Below, piece after piece: positions 12,640 to 22,559 of a stretch of DNA of 64,000 nt (the first letter of the stretch is position 1; every line of letters begins with the position of its first letter). The stretch is from Octopus sinensis (taxonomy: Eukaryota). The DNA lies in contig NW_021834150.1 of the NCBI RefSeq assembly GCF_006345805.1, positions 1 to 64,000 on the forward strand, given 5' to 3'. The position numbers and the translations under genes were made by a program. Under the pieces are notes generated by a model. It was not told where the DNA came from. It was given only the letters and a program-made list of their open reading frames with translations, and did not search any database.

Positions 12640-13040
12640 TATTTGGCTAAATAATTCCCGCCATTGAGGCTCTTATACCCTTGGTGTTCCTCCAAGACAT
12701 TGACTAGGTCACCACACACAGGGGTGTTAGTCGCCGACTTGTTGTAGTTGAGTTCCAGACCCACGGCCTTCATGAAACCTTCCAAGACTTTGCCCATCGA
12801 ATGGAGGATCTCTGAAGACCGAGCGAACAGTTTAATGTCGTCTATGAACATGAGATGGTTGGTGCTAAAACACCCTCATTCATGTTCGATCGACATTTGT
12901 TCGAATTGGGCAGTGAGGACTCTACTCAGCGGTTCTAGTTCGAATTTAGAATTCAAATTTTCAAGTATGACATTCCAACCACCCCTAGGGACACGCCCTC
13001 GATTCGATAGCTTTGACACACGTGCTTTTGGAACGTTCTT
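12640..13040 (-). mobile_element. RLE-type non-LTR RT remnant
   Basis: TNHLMFIDDIKLF...GLELNYNKSA. Confidence 0.8.
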
Positions 13041-13151
13041 CGATTTGCCTTATTGAATTTTTTTTCTGAATGCCATAATATTAGTAATTTTATTAATTAC
13101 AAATTTTATTAAATTAGTTAAAAATTACTTTGTTGCAATTTTTGCCACCAA

Positions 13152-14609
13152 ATGGGTAAGAAAAACAGCAAAAATAGAGGAAAAGGAATAGAAAAGACGA
13201 TAATAAAAACCGAAAAAAACGCATCCAAAAAAGAAAAGAAATTGTGTGCCCAATCAGGAGAGGTTTTGTTAACACCTATACTAAAAGAAATTCATCGACG
13301 ACATGTTATCAGAATTTCTCCTCATAAACTCGAGAAAATCGAGCACAGTCTTTGAGAACTGTTCCCCTCCACGTCCTCGGTCGTGCTTTTCCCTCGTCGC
13401 CCATCCGAAATGGGACCTCATTTTTCTTTTTGGAGGAGAGTGGTATTCTAAGCACGCGGTCGAATTCCTCGACGACCTTTTTTGCTTCCATGTCATAAAG
13501 AAACAATGGACTCAAATTGTCGCCCCCAAAGGCCCTCTCCCACGCTCGTCCCATCAGGTAACCTTTTTTAATAGTTCAGATGGTCTGCTCTGGGGACAGT
13601 TTATGGGTCTTTGGCGGGGAGTTTATCAACCCCACCGAATCACAGTTCCACCACTTTTCTGATCTCTGGAAGTTTTCGATTCCCTCAAAAACTTGGGAGG
13701 AGGTCAAATTCCCAGGAGGCCCTTTGGCCAGGAGTGGCCATAAAATGACCTTTTGGGAGAGAAAAAATTGTCTTTTAATTTTTGGCGGTTTTCAAATAAC
13801 AAATTCGTTTAATTTCCGTCGGGAATTTCTAATTTTAGTGTGTCTCGGTGGTTCAATGATCTCTTTGCGTTCGACGTTGTGCATAATATGTGGATTCCGT
13901 TAGTTTCGAAGGGAGACTGTCCCTCACCCCGATCGGGAGTGGCTTTCAGTTGTTTATCGACTACTGAGGACCGCTTTTTCATATTTGGGGGATACTCAGA
14001 CGGGAATGTTCTTGATGACTTGTTCTCACTCACTCTCCAACTTGGTAAACTCGACTGTTTCTATCCCCACAGTTCCTGGTTGTAAAGTCATTGCGACTTA
14101 CTCTCGGATATATATAGAAGGGAAGAATAACCCAAGTCCTCGGTCAGCATTTGGTTTTTGTTCTATTGGTCCTGGACGTGTTGCCGTCTTTGGCGGTTCG
14201 GGGAGGGAGGTGAGTGGTAATCCGCAACCAAAGTAGGACGGAGAACAATCAGAGACGTACGAAGATCTGTTCGTGTTAGATGCAGTTCGAAAGAAGTACT
14301 TTCTTCCGACAGTTTGCCCACAAGTGCATCCTCGGCCACGAGAAAATTGTTCGCTGTGTTATAAAAGCGGATTTATTTATTTGTTTGGAGGTTGCCTTGG
14401 TTGATTCAGAGTAGGCTATGTCGAGTCGAGGACAGGATGGGAGATGTTTGGGGACTTTTATTGCATTGATGCATTTAAGCTCAACTCCTGGATTTTGTTA
14501 GGGACACAGCCGGATGATGCAATGGTTGGTATGTTTGTCTTATGTTAAGATCGAGTTGAGCCAGTCTGACGAATCATCCGAAGAGTCATCTATGGACATT
14601 TCACAATAA
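13152..14609 (+). CDS. KLHDC4: Kelch domain-containing protein 4; 8 exons, introns 13263-13287, 13558-13579, 13807-13838, 14045-14072, 14210-14236, 14391-14414, 14525-14549
   Basis: MGKK...KGIEKTIIKTEK N-terminus; kelch repeats LFGGEWY, PRSSHQ, LWVFGGEF..PTESQFHHFSDLW, RSGHKM, PSPRSG; acidic C-terminus. Each GT-AG removal restores the frame. Confidence 0.93.
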
Positions 14610-15140
14610 TTTTTTATTTTGTCACTAAATGGATTATAGGTACCGCCAGTCAACTACGGATTTGACTTGGTTGGAACAAATCTACTGTATCTTCAAATTT
14701 TTGGACCAACTGGAAGATTTTCGATAACCAGCGCAAATTCGAAACATCGCCAGAGAAAATAGAATCGCAAACTACTTTTGTTGCATTTATATGGAATACT
14801 TTTCATATAGCATCCTATTAGCAGGAAATATTTGCATCGAGTCACTCCCATAATCTATTTCCTTGAGAAAGGGAATTCCTGCAGACCATCTGGATAAAAT
14901 TACATCGACTGTCTCTTATTTGGCGTGTGAACCAATTCCGGTTCAGGACAGTCATCAAGCTTACCAAAGACAATAACATTGACTGCGTAACACGGCGCTT
15001 ATTTAAGGACGGACCATGTCTGCTTAAAAATCAAATTGTTTAATAACAGTTAAAAACCATATATCATGCAATACATTGGCATGCGTGCCATTGGTGTCAC
15101 TTTTAAACCTTTTGAATATCTTTTTTTAAGTATTAAAATA

Positions 15141-16007
15141 TGTCACAGTCCGATAAAGAAACACGCCGTTAATGAAACGCCAACATCAAATTGACAAAAA
15201 ATCATATCGAAAAAAATATAAACTAATACAAATCGTCATTGGAAATGATTAATTAGTATAGATTTTGACCGTCCATAGAATGGACACGCCGTTAAATGGA
15301 CACTAGGTGCTTTGAATAGGGCAACAAGGTAATGTAAAAAAATATATTTATAAAATGATTTAAAATTTTAACATGATTTAAAATTGAAATAACTTAAATT
15401 TTCCATTGAATCCCATAAAATAATTTATAAGTAGACCTTTATAGAAAAAGTAAAATCAATGAATACTGAACGCTAATTTGGTTTAGGTTGTGAGGGGGGG
15501 TAATAATTTGACAGATCTCATTGCTATTTCTCGTTTCAATCTCTAAAATTAGGTCTTCTAATTTTTTTTTTATTTACAAAAACAACTAAGACCGAAAATC
15601 GTTAAGTTCCAGCGGCGAGGACGCAGTGTGCGTTGCCCCGAACAATGGCCAGGCCGATGCGCTGGCGGAACCAGAGGCCCTCTCTCGAGTCCTTGAGCCT
15701 CCTCCCGATGGACTTCCCGACCTCTTTGAGGAACGAGTCAGTCTCCTTTCCTGCAACTCCAGCGGTCTCCAGGGCGATTGCCGTAACGCGGTAGCGGTCT
15801 GCGAGCGAAGAATATTTGTGTATTTTGATCTTTTCGGCGTGGTTTGCAGCCGAACAAGGGTTTGCCGCAGAAGAATGGATCCTCGATTTCGAAAAAGTAT
15901 CCACAACGGTCTTCTAATCACAAATGAACTGTGCAGACAAAATCAATTTTTTTCTAATTTGATGTTGGCGTTTCATTAACGGCGTGTTTCATAAACCGAC
16001 TGTGACA
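15141..16007. mobile_element. Non-autonomous TGT...ACA element (Ginger-type MITE) with ~55-bp TIRs and 5-bp TSD
   Basis: TIR TGTCACAGTC...GAAACACGCCGTTAATGAAACGCCAACATCAAATT at both ends; AAATA at 15136-15140 and 16008-16012. Confidence 0.88.
15575..15915 (-). mobile_element. CRE/HERO-like LINE 3' fragment nested in the MITE
   Basis: AIALETAG...QRIGLAIVRGNA, then a short UTR and A-rich tail; near-identical to 29320-29512. Confidence 0.85.
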
Positions 16008-16124
16008 AAATATGATAGGATATTAATTCTTTTTAATAATTTTAACATTTTTTTTTATTAAAATGGTATTTGAATAATTTTTAAGCATACTCTTAGTAAA
16101 AAAATCAAGGCAAGCTAAATCAAA

Positions 16125-16380
16125 TGGCAGAGCATTTCAAAATTCATGGATTAAAGAATATGGATTGCTGAACATTTGTTAATATTTTATTTTTAGGAGA
16201 CAAAGCTTTATATGTGTTATGCTCCGGCCAATTTGCTTGCCGAACATCTTCTATAAAACGCTATTTTTAAACTACTCACAAGTCATTAAGGATGAACAAA
16301 GATTAACAATTGCATTTCAGTTTAAAAAGAACTTAACAATCAGAATCACTCAGAACACTCGTTAACAGTGTATCTGATTC
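16125..16380 (+). mobile_element. hAT (GTF2IRD2/SPIN-like) transposase N-terminal remnant
   Basis: RAFQNSWIKEYG followed by a degenerate zinc-finger region. Confidence 0.5.
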
Positions 16381-16539
16381 AATCAGTGCTAGTTACGTTA
16401 TTTCTAAAGATTTATTATTCGTCGTCTTGATTCATTTTATTTCTTTTTTGACCACTTTCTTATTGAAATTGAGAAAAAGATTCATTTTATTATTATTTAA
16501 AGCACGTTCACAGAACCAAAGAATGTAAATTAAATAAAG

Positions 16540-17260
16540 TCCCGATTGTGCTGCACGTTTTGTGTCTTTTGTAATGTTTGCGGGAGTGTTTATGTCCATT
16601 CTAAGCACGTGCCCAGATAGCCTCAGCTTGATTCGATAATTTTAGTGCTTATGGAAGCGATTATGTCATAGATTACAATTTCTTGTTGTAATTCTTTTTT
16701 AGCCAATCTAGGCCGAGTAAATTGCGCAAAAGCTTTTGATAAAATGTGTCCATTTTCTAGAGTTCTAACTCTGTGACTCCCCATGTACTCGAGTTTTATA
16801 CAAGTTTCGTCTTTATATACGAGTAGTATAGCCTTATTCGTAGATTTGTTTTGATTAGCTTTGGTCAACTCCATATTTGTTGCATTTTCTTATACATTGC
16901 ACTGGCTGGGACTCTTCTATACATCATGTCTAGGGATTCCATTTTCCTTTTTTTCTCCCAGTTTTCATAAATACGTTTTAATTCCCTTGTGATTCTTATG
17001 TGTTCGGTCTTTTCCTCATTAACATGCATGGAATTTTTTTCAAAAACAAGTTCAAGTTCCAAATACTTTCCTGACACAAAGTTTATGTCATCTGCATATA
17101 TAATTTCCATCGGCATTGATCCTTCACATTTAGTTCTGAAATCTCTCAGTGAGACTTCCAGGTATACGATAAATAAAACTGAAGATAGAGAGTCCCTTTA
17201 AGGTGTTTCAACTGTAGTCCGAAAGGCATCGATATCATGTTTCAGTACTAGACAAAAAAA
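16540..17260 (-). mobile_element. RTE-type LINE RT remnant
   Basis: IIYADDINFVS, NEEKTE, GHVLRMD; resembles 31332-32270. Confidence 0.75.
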
Positions 17261-17339
17261 CGTATCAGCCTCGTATTTCATTAAGAAAACTCTAATTCAT
17301 GCTAACAATATCAAAATCACTGGACACGTTCACCCCTAG

Positions 17340-17757
17340 TATTTTAAAATCACTCTTGTATCGTTGACACGTGGCAAATATCCATCTGTGGGACCAGACG
17401 ACATCTGAGGTCAAGCGACTTTTTGTGAATCCGCACTGTCCCGGTGCTAGACGTTTGGAACGTTGTGCGGCGTCGTACGCTTATTCTATGGGTTGTTATG
17501 CTATGGATTTCTCCAAGAGCTTGAATTTACTTTATCTTGAAGTAAATGTCAACTGATGTGGCTCGTAAGCCAGAGGAGTGTGAGGATCCTTAAAAGTCTA
17601 GACAGATTCGATAGGGATCCAGAAACTTCCAACTGGATCCGGTTAGCATGGAAAGAGACACTTCGATGCCTTGTTTTTATCTCCCCGTTAATAATCTTTT
17701 GTTTATTTTTAGGTTATGGTTTTTCTTGAACAAATAAAAAACTATTCTATTCTATCT
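17340..17757 (+). mobile_element. Degenerate copy of the 6760-7609 LINE family
   Basis: Shared 3' UTR GCATGGAAAGAGACACTTCG(A/G)TGCCTTGTTTTT and CTATTCTATTCT tail; homologous RT peptide. Confidence 0.8.
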
Positions 17758-17905
17758 TCAAAAAGGGATAATTTGATTTTAAATCATTTTTGTTGAGGAG
17801 TGAATAATACCTGCCTAGTTAAAAATACCATTGCTTTTTTGGAGTCCAAAAATATCCTAAATGAATAACAAGGTCTCTACATGGTTAGAGTAAAACGATG
17901 ATATA

Positions 17906-19224
17906 TTATTCTCCACATAAACCAATAAATATTTTAGCAATGATATCAGCAGAGGAGAGCCTGAAATGAACATCATGAATGAGACAATCATCCCGGCACT
18001 GTTCAATAATCTGTCTGTAATTCCAACTAGTATTTGCCTCCAACGCCTCCTTGATTATACACCCAAAAGCGTAGATATCGACAAGTATGTAGCTATCCAA
18101 TCGATAGTTTATATTCCCTTCCCACAACTCGGGCGCCATGTATGCAGGGGATCCCACTTTTGAATGACAAAGACGACTCTCCTGAGGTAGCTTGAAGCAA
18201 TGGGCAAATTCAAAGTCACAGAGGACGACATTCTTGCAGTCATCTGAGACCAGAAAGTTGTCAGGTTTTATGTCTCTGTGAACTATCGAACGCGAATGAA
18301 TATAAGCCACAGAAGTTGCGGCACATGCTATCAACCAATGTAGGTTTCCAGGATTTGAATTTTTCTACGAATAAAATCCAGTTTTCTACATTATGTATGT
18401 GCCAGGACAGTGATGCTTGGCTGTGATACTCTGTCAATAGTAATTGAGGAGATTCTGTAAAACCAACACAGCCTACGCAGTGTTGCCGGTGGTCCTTTGA
18501 AATGGAAAGATACTCAAATATTGTCAGCTCATTGTGAAATAAATCGCTGTTCGCGTATCTTTTAATAGCCACGTCATGATTGCTAAATTTCCCATGTAAA
18601 ATCCCACTTTCATTTAATAGGAACTGTAGCGTAAATATACATAATAATACTTTCAGATTAGTTAATTGTTTTGGTTTAATTAAATACAGTTTTCTTGATT
18701 TTCTTAATATATTCTTATAGTCTTGAGTGTTTCTGCGTGGCTCATTCCATTTGTGATTTAGATAGACACCAATAATTGTAAAGATACTTGAAATTGCAAA
18801 AATGATTACAAAAAGTTTCATTGAGTTGTTCTCATGTTTGATAATTTCTGTATTATTGATACTTTTGGTGGTGTTGAGAGGCCATTGCACAGGACAGTCT
18901 TTGCTACAGCAACACATGATGGTCTCCTCACTTGTTTTGAAACTGCCACATTTGTTGATCACGTGTATTTTATCTGTGAAAAACGTGGCACAATTGACAT
19001 TTTCAGCGCATTCTTCATGTTTCTATGTTTGATTAGAGCAAATATACGAGTCTTTTCATCGAATCAAACACAGCAAGACAAACTACGGACTCGCCCCAGC
19101 AGACTTTATGCTCCCTGCTTTTATCTGAATTTGGCAATGGGCATTTTATTCGTGTCAGGAGATGTACTTCGTGAATTACGATTAGAACGATTTGAAATTT
19201 AAAAATAAAAAATGTGTTTAACAT
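17906..19224 (-). CDS. Divergent type II TGF-beta/activin-family receptor Ser/Thr kinase (~413 aa); introns 19023-19047, 18624-18650 (in-frame, inferred), 18365-18389
   Basis: Hydrophobic N-terminus, 10-Cys ectodomain ending CCCSKDC, TM helix, no GS box. VAIK, HRDIKPDN and YMAPELWEGNINYRLDSYILVDIYAFG resemble ACVR2 [27 protein letters not shown]. The spliced length is divisible by 3. Confidence 0.88.
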
Positions 19225-19313
19225 AAAATTAATGTAATATCACAAAATTTATTATTATATATAAATTATTTTTGTTATAAAAATTAATTCATTAAATAGC
19301 ATTAATAATTTAA

Positions 19314-20170
19314 ATCGACACTGTTCTTTCTCAAATAAATATGATCGACACTGTTCTTTCTCAAATAAACGAACAGAGGAAATCATTTGCTGTGGATGAT
19401 TGCGTCGTCGTATGGGAAAAGCTGGGATTGCCATCTGATGTGACCTGCCAATCGGAGTGGACGTCGAAAGTCCACGCCAATACGTTTTCATGCCTAAAGG
19501 AAACCATGGACCAGAGAAGGTTGGCTTGTTTACAAGCGGGCAGCCAGCCCCTAAGCGGCGCGTGGCTAAACTGTTGCCCTTGTAATACAACTGGCTGCCT
19601 TCTTAATGATGAAGCCGTAAGAATTGGAGTTTGTCTGCGCCTCGGTCTACGCGTTTATGAAAAACACCAATGCCGGTGCGGCGTGTGGACTGACGAGTTT
19701 GGATATCACTCCCTCTCATGTCGAAACGGAATTGGACGTTCCTCACGGCATTCCTAACTGAACCAGATCGTCTGTCGATCTCTTCGAACTGCTGGATTCT
19801 ACACACAATTGGAACCTGGAGGGATTTTCGTAGAGGACGGCAGAAGACCCGATGGGATGACCACATTTTCGTTCCAGAGGGGAAAGTGTCTGGTTTGGGA
19901 CGTCACGTGTGTGAACTCCTTCTCCAATCAGAATATCAAATTATGCATCGAGAATCCTGGAGCCCAGTCTGAACGGGCTGAGAAGAGAAAAGCTGAGAAA
20001 TACGCTGGAATTGGGAATGGGAGAGTGTTTGTCCCCCTGGCAGTTGAGACGTCAGGAATACAGGGGCCTTCTACTCGGACCCTACTCCAGCGCATTGCCT
20101 CATTAATCGAAAGAGTTACCGGCGACCCGTGTGAGCACCGGTATTTAATCGAAAGAATATCGTTATTGTG
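19314..20170 (+). mobile_element. CRE/HERO-like LINE 3' part (zinc knuckle + RLE), frameshifted
   Basis: SGAWLN, CRCG...HSLSC, DGRRPDG, LVWDVTC, FVPLAVETSG. Confidence 0.88.
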
Positions 20171-20560
20171 CGACCAACGTTCGTTTAATCTGTGGACCCT
20201 TTGTTGGACCTCCTCGATTCACCTCCTGTTGGACCACGATAGCCACGGTGCCCATCATCCGCAGACGTATGAAATGGACGGTTCAAAGTATCGTCGGTAA
20301 ATATACGCCAATACCGAATGGGAACTGTTTTCTATAACGGATAGGCTTCTGAGCACGTTCAGTGTATTAAGAATAGGAAACGCTATTGCTTAAAGCCAAA
20401 CAAGAGTTTATGTAGTTTCTAAATTCGGAAGCAAAACACACCAAGCGGATCCCGCTTGTCATCCTGACTTCACAATCCTTTTTATCTAACTCAGAAACTT
20501 AGCGATCACTAACTCAAATTTTCAAATCAAGAAGGTCCTAACTCCCTACCCTCCCAAAAT
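20170..20560 (-). mobile_element. Degenerate LINE RT C-terminal remnant
   Basis: ISYVCG*WAPWLS...IEEVQQRVHRL resembles the post-RT region of APE LINEs. Confidence 0.4.
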
Positions 20561-20644
20561 GTGTAAACGTTGCATTTTGTGGAGACTCATAACAAGCTTC
20601 TTTCTTGTATGTACCTGTACACTTGATATACCGATAATGTTATA

Positions 20645-21270
20645 AGGAATGACTCTATACCTAAGAGCGTGGCTCAATGCATGTCCTATCCCTTCAGTCG
20701 GAAACAAACTGGACGACGAGACATTGCGAATTGCGATCTCCTTACTCCTTTGCATGAAGATCTGTCGCCAGCACCGCTGTAGTTGCGAGGCTTCCGTTGA
20801 CGAATTCGGACGGCATGCTCTCTCATGCAGACGCAGTGCAGGCCGGTTTCCAAGACATCATGCAATGAACCTAATTGTCAAGAACGCTTTGCATGCAGCT
20901 GGTTTCCCGGCACAGCTGGAGCCTCCTGGTCTCATCCGCACAGACGGAAAAAGGCCTGATGGGATAACAATTTTTCCGTACACCAACGGGAAGTGCCTTG
21001 TTTGGGACTGCGCCTGCACCGACACCTTCTCAGAGACAAACCTGATCGCCTCAGCCTCCTTTCCAGGATATGCTTCACAGAACTACGAAAAAATTAAAAA
21101 ATTAAAATATTCAGAGCTCAAGGACAGGTTCATAGTGCAACCGATTATTGTGGAGTCATCTGGAGTCTTCGGTCCGGAATCAATCTCTTTCATTAGGAAA
21201 CTTGGATCCTTGATCTCGGTTCAGACGAAAGATAGAAGGGAGACCGAATGGCTGTTTCAACAAATTTATT
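20645..21270 (+). mobile_element. CRE/HERO-like LINE 3' part (zinc knuckle + RLE)
   Basis: AWLNACP, CSC...HALSC...RH, DGKRPDG, LVWDCACTDT. Confidence 0.9.
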
Positions 21271-21336
21271 TTGGTTATCTAAGTTTTCCAATTTGAAAAA
21301 ATAATAAGTATAATTGATCAAATCTATATTTCAGAA

Positions 21337-22466
21337 ATGGTTTTACTCAACTTTACTAAAGATGAACTTGAAGTAATCAAAAATATTCAAATAGATGTTT
21401 TTTATATGGACCGATTGCAGATTTAGTGGATTTAAGAAGGTATGCTATCCTTAATAGCGATAATGGATGGGTTATTTCTTTTTGTATAAATTGTAGTTGG
21501 TTGTGGTTATAGACTCATTTTCTAAATTCGCAGTTGTAAAATTTGCCAGGCGGAAATCAGCGGAGGAAATTACTAGAAAATTAAAGAATATTTTTTACAT
21601 GATTGGTCCCCCATTTATTCTACAGACGGATAATGGGAAAGAATTTAAGAACAAATGTATGGAAACAATGTGTAATGATCTGAAAATCATACATATAAGT
21701 GGACGCCCTAAGGCACCATGGATTCAGGGTCGTGTAGAAAGGCAAGTTATTTGTAAATTTATCTTTAGATTCAATCAATCGATCAAAAGGTGGATTAGCT
21801 CAACTAGTGCCTCAAATGGGTCTTTTGGAAGCTATAAAGACTTCTATCAAGAAATCGTTTATAAATATAACATTGCGAAGCATGAAACGACCAAGAGGAC
21901 ACCTTTCGAAATTTTTATGCGAGGAAATCATTTAATCCCGGAGGAAATAAGATCGGCGTTATTGTCATTCGATGGAAATGAAGCGGTTAAATCAAGCCAA
22001 TCGGAGATAATTGGATCTGATTATTTCGAAAACGAGGACGATTGTTTGAATCAACAAAGTGTGTATGAAAGCCATGTTTTCGCCGGAGAAAAAATGAAAA
22101 GGAGGCGGAAATGGAAATTTAATGAAGATTTAGCCGTAGGAGATAATGTCCTACTGAGACATGATATTGATGCAAATCCAAATAATTTTTTATATAATAA
22201 AAATTCATGAATTTTTAATATTTGTTTTTAAATGGTAGACCTAAAAAATTGTATAATTATAATAAAAAACGTTATTGATTCGGAAAAATTGGTGATGCCG
22301 GTTTTTGCCGACTCTTGGAAAAATTCATTCAATCAAAAAATTGATAAAAAATTGAATAAATCGACTTAATTTCATTATCAAATTATTTTTAATTAATTAT
22401 CAGGTTATTTTCGTTTGATCTTAATATGTCACGAGCCTAGGTTGTTACCGAGCCTAGGTCGTTACA
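21337..22466 (+). mobile_element. Ginger-like integrase transposon G3, internally deleted, introns 21471-21496 (GT-AG) and 21742-21768 (GC-AG)
   Basis: IADLVDLRRY...GW/LVVVIDSFSK, LQTDNGKEF, IQGRVER/FNQSIK. Ends in CGAGCCTAGG repeats and GTTACA. Confidence 0.85.
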
Positions 22467-22559
22467 CTTATGGACTTAGAAAAAAATTCAAAAAATATTT
22501 GAATTCAATTTCAAAATCGACTTTGTCAAAATAAATATTATAAAATGACAAATAGTTAA

